This document shows positions 47,065-55,322 of a stretch of DNA of 57,412 nucleotides, in pieces. The notes under the pieces are model-generated. The model was given only the letters and a program-made list of their open reading frames with translations, ran no database searches and was not told the DNA's origin. This DNA is from Rhodospirillaceae bacterium (GTDB lineage Bacteria; Pseudomonadota; Alphaproteobacteria; Rhodospirillales; Rhodospirillaceae). Numbering within the stretch: the first letter of the stretch is position 1; each line of letters starts with the position of its first letter. A program made the position numbers and the translations under genes. Location of the stretch: positions 1 to 57,412 of the forward strand of contig WOUV01000001.1 in assembly GCA_009773045.1 (NCBI GenBank), given 5' to 3'.

Positions 47065-48122
47065 CCATACCCCCCCCTGTTCGTTATTTTTATGACCAAA
47101 GTGCCGGCCAGGACAACAGGGCAATACCATACTGCGAGAACGAGCGCGGCGTGCATGACGCACGCCAGCACGAACACGCTCAAGGCCCGTCCGATATCCC
47201 GGACCCCGGCGGGTTCCCCGGAGCCGATCCAGGCGTCATCGGCCCGATAGCCCAGATAGCGGCGTGGCCCCGCCAAGGCCACTCCCAGCGCGCCGGCCAT
47301 GGCCGCCTCCGGCCACCCCGCGTTGGGCGAGCGATGCTTGCGGGCGTCCCGGATCATGGTCACGAGCGCCGCCCGGGGGCGCGCCGTCGGCACGAACACC
47401 GCCGCGCCCGCGATCAACAGGCCCGCAAGCCGCGCCGGAATCCAGTTCATCCCGTCGTCGAGACGCGCCGCGGCCTGTCCGAACGCCAGGTAGCGTTCGC
47501 TACGATGGCCGATCATGCTGTCAAGAGTATTGACGGTCTTGTAGATCAATATTCCGGGCAGGCCCCCCAGGATGTACCAGAAAACCGGGGCCACCACGCC
47601 GTCACCGAAGTTCTCGGCGCAGCTTTCCACGGCGGCCCGCACGATTCCGGCCTCGTTCAGGCTTTCAGGATCGCGTCCGCAGATTTTCGCAATCGCCAAG
47701 CGCCCTCCTGGCAGGCCATCACGCGCAAGCCCCCGCGCCACCGCCGCCACATGCTGGTAAAGACTGCGCTGGCTCACCAGAATCCCGATCAGGAAGACCT
47801 CGCCCACCCAGGCGTAGGGAACGCCGAGGGTCAGGGCATGCCCCGCCACGCCAAGGCCCCCTGCCCCCGTCACCATCACGCCCACGGTGAAAATACCGCG
47901 CCAGCGGCGGTCGGCGACGCTACGCCCGGGGCGGTTCAGTTTGTGATCGAGAACAGAAATGAAATACCCCATCACCACCACCGGATGCGGCAGACGGCGG
48001 AACACCCATGGCATTTCCCCGGTCAGGCCGTCAAGCAGTAGGCCCGCCAACAGCAACAGAAAAAGGTCAGGCCCACCAGACTCCGACACCGTGCCGAAAA
48101 TCAGCATGCCCATGCCCGACAT
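47049..48122 (-). CDS. cobD: adenosylcobinamide-phosphate synthase CobD/CbiB
   Basis: Polytopic membrane ORF with CbiB motifs (HPVVVMGYFI, NTLDSMIGHRSERYLAFGQAAARLDDGMNWIPARL). Confidence 0.85.
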   Translation of the reverse strand: MSGMGMLIFGTVSESGGPDLFLLLLAGLLLDGLTGEMPWVFRRLPHPVVVMGYFISVLDHKLNRPGRSVADRRWRGIFTVGVMVTGAGGLGVAGHALTLGVPYAWVGEVFLIGILVSQRSLYQHVAAVARGLARDGLPGGRLAIAKICGRDPESLNEAGIVRAAVESCAENFGDGVVAPVFWYILGGLPGILIYKTVNTLDSMIGHRSERYLAFGQAAARLDDGMNWIPARLAGLLIAGAAVFVPTARPRAALVTMIRDARKHRSPNAGWPEAAMAGALGVALAGPRRYLGYRADDAWIGSGEPAGVRDIGRALSVFVLACVMHAALVLAVWYCPVVLAGTLVIKITNRGGYGHGLF

Positions 48123-48135
48123 CCCCCTGATCTGG

Positions 48136-49056
48136 TCAGGCGCCGTTGACGTATGGTTTCAGAGCGGCGAAAATGCACTCATGGATCGGAGTCGCAAGGC
48201 CCGTTTCGCGCCCCAACCGCCCGACGGCTCCCGACAGCCAGGGCAATTCCAGCCGCCTGCCGCGGATCAGGTCATGCAATTGTGAGGAACCGGCGGTTTC
48301 GGCCAACGTGTCGAGCTGTTTCATATCGTGGGCCACGATGTTCTCCTTCAGGGCGATGCCTTTCGCGCGGGCGATGGCCACGACCTCTTCGACCGCTTTC
48401 TGGAATAGAAGACGAATATCTGGATCGCTCCGGATGGGACCGACCGGTTTGCGGGTCAGGGCCGTCACGCCCGACAATGCGGCCAGCAGGGAGAACTTCG
48501 ACCAGATATCGACCAGAATCTTCGTCGAGGCCACGGCGTCGATGCCGGCCTTGACGCAGACATCCCTGAAGGCCAGCACGCGCGGGGTCTCGCCACCATC
48601 GAGTTCCCCGAAAACCAAGCGGGGAGTGCCGCCCTTATGGACGACAAGCCCCGGTTCGGTGATCTCCGATGTGATGTAGGCCGTACCGCCCCACACCGCT
48701 TCGGCCCCCACGGCAGCCCGCAACGTGTCCGCCGCGGTCACGCCGTTCTGGAACGACACCACCGAGGTTTGCGGTCCCACCAGGGCCTTGCATCCCTCGG
48801 CGGCACCCGCGGTATCATACAGTTTGACGGCCACCATGACGACATCGACCGTCCCGATGGTGGTTGGGTCCGTGGTGACCCGGGCCGGCGCGATATGAAG
48901 ATCACCGCTTTTTTGGCTTTTGACCCGCAGACCGTTGGTCCGGATGGCTTCGTAATGGGAGCCGCGGGCGATGAAATGGACCTCCTCCCCTGCCGCTGCC
49001 AGCAGAGATCCGTAATAACCACCGACGCCGCCGCTGCCATAGACCGCAATTTTCAT
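48136..49056 (-). CDS. panE: 2-dehydropantoate 2-reductase
   Basis: MKIAVYGSGGVGGYYG Rossmann start and an ApbA/PanE C-terminal domain (SQLHDLIRGRRLEL). Confidence 0.8.
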   Translation of the reverse strand: MKIAVYGSGGVGGYYGSLLAAAGEEVHFIARGSHYEAIRTNGLRVKSQKSGDLHIAPARVTTDPTTIGTVDVVMVAVKLYDTAGAAEGCKALVGPQTSVVSFQNGVTAADTLRAAVGAEAVWGGTAYITSEITEPGLVVHKGGTPRLVFGELDGGETPRVLAFRDVCVKAGIDAVASTKILVDIWSKFSLLAALSGVTALTRKPVGPIRSDPDIRLLFQKAVEEVVAIARAKGIALKENIVAHDMKQLDTLAETAGSSQLHDLIRGRRLELPWLSGAVGRLGRETGLATPIHECIFAALKPYVNGA

Positions 49057-49337
49057 CTTTGTTGTCTCTCTTTCCTATCCTGTGATGAGGTGTGCCATGG
49101 TTCATGCTTTCCCCCAAGCGCCGGGCGCGCGGCCTTTGGCACGCTCTACGGGGGCATTGACGGCCCTGGACACGTGTCCTTCGCCTGAGTGCGTTGTTTT
49201 TTTCTTCATTTCCGGTGGACCAGCCTATTCCATTTCAGGCTCTTTCGGCCAATCCGGTAATATGATAGCATGAAAAATGAAGGAACCGCTTTTGTGCGGG
49301 CCGTACCCCCTTTCATGACAAGAACATCGGAGGGCCT

Positions 49338-51770
49338 GTGCAACGACGATACACAATGCGCTGGCGGCGACGGCTCATTCGGGGGATGATCGTTGGGGGG
49401 ATCTTCCTTCTGGCATGCGCAGGCGTGGGGGGATGGGTGGTCTTCCGTTCCGTGCCGTCGCATGAAGGAAAACTGACCGTGATCGGCCTGACAGCGCCGG
49501 TTGAAATCAGGCGGGACGATCACGGCGTGCCGACCATCCGCGCCGGAAACACTCACGATGCCTATTTCGCGCTTGGCTTTGTCCATGCCGAAGATCGCCT
49601 GTGGCAAATGGAAGCCATGCGCCGGCTGGGGGCCGGTCGTCTGGCCGAGGTCTTGGGGAAGCGGGCCGTTGCCACCGATCGGGCCATGCGTGTTGTTGGC
49701 CTGTACCGACGGGCGACGCAGAGTCTTTCCCTGATGGCGCCCGAGGTGCGGGCAGCCCTTGAAGCATACGCTGCCGGAGTCAACGCCTGGATCGAACACC
49801 ACCCGGGTTTTCTGCCGCTGGAGTTCCTTTTGCTGGCCCACACGCCCGATTCCTGGCAGCCGGTCGATTCGCTCGTCTGGGGCCGTCTCATGGCCATGAG
49901 TCTTGGCGGCGACTGGATCGATGAACTGGCCCGGGAGCGAATCGCCGACGGTCTGCCGCGGGCGGATGAATTGTGGCCCGCCGAACCGCAGGCCGTCGTC
50001 ACCCTTGCCGATGCCGCGCGTTCCTTTATCCCGTCCGTTGTCCCGTCCGTTTCCCCGGGGTCTTCCCCAAGGCTCCCGTCTTTGCCCGTGCCGTGGGCGC
50101 AAGATCTGCCGGCACTCATCCCCCAACCGCTGCACAGCCGTCTTGCCTCCAACGCCTGGGTTCTGGATGGTCGGCATACTCTTTCGGGCAAGCCGCTTCT
50201 CGCCAACGATCCGCACCTTGCCTTTTCGGCGCCGGTGTTATGGTATCTGGCCCGGATCGAAACACCGGGCATGGTCCTTGCGGGGGCCACCGTGCCAGGG
50301 GTCCCGTTCCATGTGCTGGGCCATAATGGTCGTATTGCCTGGGGGCTGACCGCAACCCATGCCGATACCCAGGACGTGTTCGTCGAGCGGGCGGTGGATG
50401 ATGCGCACTATACCGCGCCCGAGGGGCCGCTGCCGTTTCTGACCCACACGGAAATCATTCCGGTGCGCGGGGGAGCGTCCGTGCCCGTGACCGTGCGCGC
50501 CACCCGCCATGGACCGGTCGTTTCCGATATTCTGACCAGCTTCACGGCGCCCGCAGGCCACCTGCTCGCCTTGAGTTCGACCGCCCTGGCCGAAGACGAC
50601 CGCACGGCAGAGGCCCTTTATCACATGAACCACGCCGGGGACTGGGATGCCTTCCGGGCCGCCCTGGCCTTTCTGCACGCCCCGGCGCTGAACGCAACCT
50701 ATGCCGATACCGGGGGCACGATCGCGTTCATGACCGCGGGCCGGATCCCGGTACGGGCAGGGGGCAATGGCACGCGCCCGGCGCGCGGATGGGATGGCAC
50801 GGCGGACTGGGGCGGATGGCTGCCGGAGGAGGCTCGTCCGTTGCGACGCGATCCGCAAGACGGGCGACTGGTCAATGCCAACAATCCGGTCATCCCGCCG
50901 GACCATCCGACCCTGATCACGGCCGCATGGCCCGATTCGTTCCGGGCGCGCCGCATCAACGCGCTGCTCGATCGTTTCACGGACGAAGGCAAGGTGGGGG
51001 TGGCAACCCTGGTGGCGCTGCAACACGATACGGTTTCCCTTTATGCCCAGGCTTTGCTCCCGTTCCTGGCCGAGGCGCCGATGATGAGCGAATCGTCGCG
51101 CCAGGCCACGGATTTGCTGGGCGCCTGGGACGGACGCATGGACCGCAACCGGCCCGAACCCCTGCTGTTTGCCACCTGGGCCGTTTTGTTGAAACGGGCC
51201 GTTTTTGCCGATGAATTGGGGGATCGGTTCGCGCTGTGGGGGGGCTTGCGGCCCACGGCCCTTCTTCAGGCCCTCAAGACCCATCCCCACTGGTGCGACA
51301 ACGTGGAGACTCCGCACATCGTCGAGACATGTTCCCAAAGGACAGCGCTTGCCCTCAAGGAGGCTCTGGCCCTTTTGGAAACGCATTATGGCACGGAGCC
51401 TGCCCGGTGGCGTTGGGGGACGGCACACAAGGCCATCATGGACCACACCTTGTTCCAACATCTGCCCGGTCTGGACTGGCTGGGGCGCCGGACCATCGCC
51501 AGCGATGGCGATGACAGCACCATCAACCGCGGTCTGAGCGATCTGTCGACGCCTCCCCAGTATCCACACCGCCAGGGGGCCGGCCTGCGTGCCGTTTATG
51601 ATCTGGCCGACCTTGACCAGTCTCTGTTCGTGATCGCCACGGGTCAGAGTGGTCATGTTTTTTCTTCCCATTACGATGATCTGCTGCGTTCCTGGCGGAA
51701 CGGTTTCATGTTTCCCCTGACCGGCACGGGGACGCAACGGTTTGTTCTTGTCCCCCCGCACGCTCCATAA
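49338..51770 (+). CDS. penicillin acylase-family Ntn hydrolase (possible acyl-homoserine-lactone acylase)
   Basis: 810 aa with a signal/anchor. Alpha-chain motifs (GFVHAEDRLWQME), the beta-chain nucleophile SNAWVLDG, and LLANDPHL. Confidence 0.85.
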   Translation: MQRRYTMRWRRRLIRGMIVGGIFLLACAGVGGWVVFRSVPSHEGKLTVIGLTAPVEIRRDDHGVPTIRAGNTHDAYFALGFVHAEDRLWQMEAMRRLGAGRLAEVLGKRAVATDRAMRVVGLYRRATQSLSLMAPEVRAALEAYAAGVNAWIEHHPGFLPLEFLLLAHTPDSWQPVDSLVWGRLMAMSLGGDWIDELARERIADGLPRADELWPAEPQAVVTLADAARSFIPSVVPSVSPGSSPRLPSLPVPWAQDLPALIPQPLHSRLASNAWVLDGRHTLSGKPLLANDPHLAFSAPVLWYLARIETPGMVLAGATVPGVPFHVLGHNGRIAWGLTATHADTQDVFVERAVDDAHYTAPEGPLPFLTHTEIIPVRGGASVPVTVRATRHGPVVSDILTSFTAPAGHLLALSSTALAEDDRTAEALYHMNHAGDWDAFRAALAFLHAPALNATYADTGGTIAFMTAGRIPVRAGGNGTRPARGWDGTADWGGWLPEEARPLRRDPQDGRLVNANNPVIPPDHPTLITAAWPDSFRARRINALLDRFTDEGKVGVATLVALQHDTVSLYAQALLPFLAEAPMMSESSRQATDLLGAWDGRMDRNRPEPLLFATWAVLLKRAVFADELGDRFALWGGLRPTALLQALKTHPHWCDNVETPHIVETCSQRTALALKEALALLETHYGTEPARWRWGTAHKAIMDHTLFQHLPGLDWLGRRTIASDGDDSTINRGLSDLSTPPQYPHRQGAGLRAVYDLADLDQSLFVIATGQSGHVFSSHYDDLLRSWRNGFMFPLTGTGTQRFVLVPPHAP

Positions 51771-51813
51771 GGCCCCATAAGGCCCGACGGCGCGGGAGGC
51801 GTTCGAGAACTGG

Positions 51814-52372
51814 GTGCAAAACCCGACGACGCTAGGGCATATCCTGTCGCCGGAGGCGCAGACGATAATGACGAAGCGGATGGCGGAGCGGTTGCGGAAC
51901 AACGACTGTCCGACGGACCAGACTTGGTGTTTCAATAAGACCCCCTGCCGCCAAGACACCCCTGCCGCCGGAGGAGCGGCATGCCTGGCACGTCAACAAC
52001 AAAGCCGTCGAGACGGAGAATTTCCCCAGCGGCGCCAACGACGACGTGTCGGGGGCGTTTGGCAATTTCGCCTTCTATGCCCATCCGCGCGCAACCATCA
52101 TCCCCATCGGTGGCAACCTGTGGGAAGTGATCCTTATCGATGTCGGAATTGACATTTTTGATGTGTTCGAGTTTAATGGAGATCAGTGGCTGGGAAACTG
52201 GAACCCAGAAACGATGGAAGGACCTAATATGTTGAGTGGATGCAAGATGGGCAATGAGAAGTACAACATCTGGCGTTCACGGCACGGGCGGGGAGGAGAT
52301 TTCCCTGTTTATTCCGATCTCAAAATGCACACATTTCCAAAACCGGTGCGCTTCGTGGTCCCTAAGCCATGA
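51814..52372 (+). pseudogene. toxin-like small protein gene split by a 16-bp tandem duplication
   Basis: ORF 51814-52152 and ORF 52046-52372 are in different frames. Units aagaccccctgccgcc (51937-51952) and aagacacccctgccgcc (51953-51969) are tandem. Deleting the first fuses ...DQTWCFN to KTPLPPEERHAWHVNNK..., giving one 180-aa ORF. The 3' half is visibly AT-richer. Confidence 0.6.
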
Positions 52373-52764
52373 CGGGTTTAACGGGCGCTTTTCTGATCAT
52401 GTTCTCCGTTTCTGGCGCGATGTACGGGGCTGTTTTGTCTATCCCAGTGCTGCGTACCAGACGACGGGGATGGGTAGCATCCGTAGGCATGAGTCTGGTG
52501 GGTGCGATGGGAATGGCGGGAGGACTTTACTGGGGGCTTGGTGAGTTTCTGTTTTCCTGGAAGCTTATCGCTCCTGGCGCTATCGTTTTTCTGCCATGGA
52601 TCTGGGAGGAGCGACACATTGTGTTTACCTCTCTCGCTCTCCTTGCTCTTTTCGCCGCGTTCCTGTGGTGGTCCTCCTCCCCTGCCCGGCGGTGGCATTG
52701 GCCGCGGTTCCGGTCCTCCGCGAACATGCCGGACATGGACGCCGCCACGCGCCGGGAAACGTGA
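52369..52764 (+). CDS. small polytopic membrane protein (immunity-like position)
   Basis: 131 aa with four hydrophobic segments. Its ATG overlaps the upstream TGA (ATGA at 52369-52372). Confidence 0.5.
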   Translation: MTGLTGAFLIMFSVSGAMYGAVLSIPVLRTRRRGWVASVGMSLVGAMGMAGGLYWGLGEFLFSWKLIAPGAIVFLPWIWEERHIVFTSLALLALFAAFLWWSSSPARRWHWPRFRSSANMPDMDAATRRET

Positions 52765-52860
52765 TCCTCCGTAACCGTGCGCCCGCGCTGACGAGCGCAC
52801 CTTGACTCCCCGGTCTGCCGCGCCCACGGTGAGGGGAGAGCCGATCGAAAGGATTTCCCC

Positions 52861-53340
52861 ATGGCCACCGCCGTTGCCTTTGACACCCTGAAACTGGCGC
52901 GCAAACTGGAAGCCGCCGGCTTCGAGCACAAGCAGGCCGCCGATACCGCCGAGGCCCTGGCCGAAGCCATGACCACCGCCGAAATCGCCACCAGGGCCGA
53001 CGTGCGCGAGGCCCAGGCCGCAACCATGGCGGCCATCGCGGAAGTCAAGACCGAAACCATGGCGGCAATAACCGACGTCAAGACCGAAACCATGGCGGCC
53101 ATCGCGGAAGTCAAGTCTGCCCTGCGCGAATCGGAACATCGGCAGGCCGCCGAGAACGCCACGATGCGGTCTGCTTTGCGCGAATCGGAGCAACGGCAAA
53201 CAGCCGAGAACGCCGCGATGCGAGCGGAAGCCAAGGCGATGGAATTGCGCCTGGTCGTCAAGCTTGGAGTGATGCTGGCGGCCTTCTTCACCATGGCCGC
53301 TGGGGCGGTGGCCGTGGTCGTCAGGCTGATGATGCACTGA
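52861..53340 (+). CDS. DUF1640-family coiled-coil protein with C-terminal TM helix
   Basis: The N-terminus AFDTLKLARKLEAAGFEHKQAADTAEALAEA is typical of DUF1640. C-terminal helix LGVMLAAFFTMAAGAVAVVV. Contains the coding repeats listed below. Confidence 0.65.
   Translation: MATAVAFDTLKLARKLEAAGFEHKQAADTAEALAEAMTTAEIATRADVREAQAATMAAIAEVKTETMAAITDVKTETMAAIAEVKSALRESEHRQAAENATMRSALRESEQRQTAENAAMRAEAKAMELRLVVKLGVMLAAFFTMAAGAVAVVVRLMMH
53023..53121 (+). repeat. 3 x 33-bp in-frame tandem repeat
   Basis: Units at 53023-53055, 53056-53088 and 53089-53121 (accatggcggccatcgcggaagtcaagaccgaa and variants), encoding TMAAIAEVKTE / TMAAITDVKTE / TMAAIAEVKSA. Confidence 0.9.
53122..53229 (+). repeat. 2 x 54-bp in-frame tandem repeat
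   Basis: Units at 53122-53175 and 53176-53229, encoding LRESEHRQAAENATMRSA / LRESEQRQTAENAAMRAE. Confidence 0.9.
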
Positions 53341-53380
53341 TTCCATCCCCCCGCGATCCGGCCCGCGCGCTGGTAGATGA

Positions 53381-53641
53381 TCAGCGTCCGGTCTCATATT
53401 GCTTTCCGTCACTGGCAGTCGTTTTCATGATGAAAACGACTGAACCGAGAACGACATTCCGTTTGATGCGAAGATACTGGCTTGCCCATGTCAGCTTGAG
53501 TGCGTCGCAGATCGGACGGATGGCAACGAACGGCTGTCCCTCGTGCATCACGACAGGGATCGTGGTTCCGGCAAATTCGATGGAAACGACAGACTCCGGG
53601 CGAACGTCGTCCATGGGGAGAGCGGTCATGGCATGCTCCAT
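53381..53641 (-). pseudogene. phage antirepressor (P22 AR N-terminal domain) fragment
   Basis: 86 aa. IEFAGTTIPVVMHEGQPFVAIRPICDALKLTWASQYLRIKRN matches the P22_AR_N pattern. The ORF stops about where homologues continue (after SDGKQYE). Confidence 0.5.
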
Positions 53642-53763
53642 AGTTTTGAACCTTGCCTGCCGCAGACTCGGTCAGGAGTCTGGCGACAGACGCACAGGGG
53701 TTGACCAACCCGTACTATGGAAACGGGCACACCATTTCTGGTGTCCCCCATGCGCCTGTCATA

Positions 53764-53790
53764 GAAAAACCGCGCTTGAGAGGGCGCGGT
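53764..53790 (-). terminator. rho-independent terminator-like hairpin (minus strand)
   Basis: The minus strand reads accgcgc cctctcaa gcgcggt followed by tttttct. The 7-bp GC stem is at 53769-53775/53784-53790 and the U-tract comes from 53765-53769. Confidence 0.45.
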
Positions 53791-53856
53791 GAGGGCGCCA
53801 TAGTTTTCGGGGCGGTCAAACTCCGGAGCCTCTACCGAAGCTCCACCTCTGACGCT

Positions 53857-54342
53857 ATGCGCCCCGTTCCGCGGGGTCAAGGAAATTATGCTTTCGAACC
53901 AGCAAGGAGACCGGACATACGATTTGCGCGTCTGACCGAGGATGGCGTCGTGATCGACCTCATTCGGAACGATCCTTCGATCTGTTATCACCCGCGGCTG
54001 GCCGCCGCGTTCGTCCCCGTGTCCATCGAGGCGCCCGATGAGCTGGCGGCGGGATGGCGCGTCGGCGCGGACGGGCGCTGCACGCCGCCGCCGCCGGAAC
54101 CGGAACCGCCGCCGAGCGCCTCCGCCCTTCTGCCGAAGCTCGCGTTCCTGCGCCGCTTCACGCAAGAGGAGCGCATCGCCATCCGCGCCCAAGGCAAAAC
54201 CGACCCGGTCATCAAGGATTTCTGGCTACTGCTTGATCTCGCCGATACGGTGGATGTGACGGACCCCGGAATGGTTCAGACCATCCGGTATCTGGAACAC
54301 CCTGGCCGCCGGGCGGGCTTCGATCCTGCTGGCGGCGGCGCC
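53857..54342 (+). CDS. phage hypothetical protein (tail-fibre-region-like), boundaries uncertain
   Basis: FARLTEDGVVIDLI and LAFLRRFTQEERIAIRAQGKTDPVIKDFWLLLDLADTVDVTDP resemble small phage proteins found next to tail genes. It runs without a stop into the sheath ATG, so its 3' end may itself be damaged. Confidence 0.3.
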
Positions 54343-55043
54343 ATGAGCGAGACCTTCCTGCACGGCGTGCGGGTCATCGAGATCGACGATGGCCCGCGCC
54401 CGATCCGCAGCGTCGAGACGGGCGTGATCGGACTCATCGGCACGGCGCCCGACGCCGATGTCACGGTATTTCCCCTGGATACGCCGGTCCTGGTGGCCGG
54501 CTCCCGCCTCAAGGCCGCTCAACTGGGGGCCGAGGGAACCCTGCCATAGAGGGAATCTTCGACCAGATCGGCGCCCTAGTGGTGGTGATCCGGGTGGCTG
54601 AAACCGCGACGGAAGCCGCGACCATGACCAATGTCCTCAACGGGAACGAGGTGACGACCATCATCCGCGAGGATGGCTTTCGGCTGTGGGGCAATCGCAC
54701 CTGTTCCGCCGATCCGCAATGGGCCTTTCTGTCGATCCGGCGCACGGCGGATGTCATCCACGACAGCCTGCAACGGACCCACCTGTGGACGGTCGATCGC
54801 GCCATCACCCGGACCTATCTGACCGACGTGGCGGAGGGGGCGAACGGATACCTGCGCGCCCTGACCGCCCAGGGCGCGATTCTGGGGGGGCGCTGCTGGC
54901 CGGACCCCGACCTGAACAGCCCCGCGAACATCGCCCAGGGCAAGGTGTATTTCGACTTTGATTTCACGCCCCCGTACCCCGCGGAAAGCATCACCTTTCA
55001 GTCCACGCTCACCCACGAATACCTGACGGAGCTTCTCAAATGA
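54343..55043 (+). pseudogene. contractile tail sheath protein, frameshifted and internally deleted
   Basis: N-terminus MSETFLHGVRVIEIDDGPRPIRSVETGVIGLIGTAPDADVTVFPLDTPVLVAGSRLKAAQLG, then a TAG at 54547. The protein continues in the -1 frame (IEGIFDQIGALVVVIRVAE) and jumps to the sheath C-terminus (REDGFRLWGNRTCSADPQWAFLSIRRTADVI). The total is about 233 codons, which is too short for a sheath. Confidence 0.65.
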
Positions 55044-55195
55044 CGGCGCAACTGCCGCGGGTTTTAAAGAACCTATCCCTGTTCGTTGACGGGCGCGGCT
55101 ATATGGGACGGGTGAGCGAAGTCATCCTGCCCAAGCTGACCCAGAAAACCGAGGAGTTCCGGGGCGGCGGCATGAACATGCCGATCGAGGAAACG
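55040..55195 (+). pseudogene. tail tube protein (P2 FII-like), N-terminal fragment only
   Basis: MTAQLPRVLKNLSLFVDGRGYMGRVSEVILPKLTQKTEEFRGGGMNMPIE matches the tube N-terminus. Similarity is lost after about 50 aa. ATGA overlap with the sheath remnant. Confidence 0.6.
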
Positions 55196-55322
55196 TTGCG
55201 GGACCTTGGCCGCCGCATCGACTCTCTCTGCGCGCGGGTGCGGGGCATGATTGACGCGACGCAATTCCTCATTCATGTCATCCGCCCGATGCTTTTCCAT
55301 CTCGACATGCATTCCGCCGCCA

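Larger units (their letters stand above)
53381..55195. mobile_element. decayed prophage or tailocin remnant
   Basis: Contains only fragments: an antirepressor N-terminus, a tail-fibre-region-like ORF, a broken tail sheath and a truncated tail tube. No integrase, att site or intact structural module lies in the window. Confidence 0.6.

Noticed and set aside
4197-47077. G or C homopolymer tracts of 8-10 nt as phase-variation switches. Sites: 4197-4205, 4323-4330, 5370-5378, 16138-16145, 19399-19406, 19494-19501, 20873-20882, 28120-28127, 36757-36766, 40797-40804 and 47070-47077.
   Set aside because: A back-of-envelope expectation for a sequence with roughly one third G and one third C is about ten runs of 8 or more in 57 kb. 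I count about that many, so the count alone is not enrichment. Several lie in Gly/Pro codons.
52046-52372. A colicin M-type (lipid II-degrading) catalytic domain in the toxin-like ORF, prompted by DVFEFN resembling the DKYDFN motif.
   Set aside because: The His-Arg that follows the motif within a few residues in colicin M is absent at that spacing; an HGRGGD occurs only about 40 residues later. The similarity is too short to call without a profile search.
53023-53229. Tandem repeats as a possible CRISPR or minisatellite array.
   Set aside because: The units are contiguous with no spacers. They are in frame within the DUF1640 ORF and encode heptad-like coiled-coil sequence.
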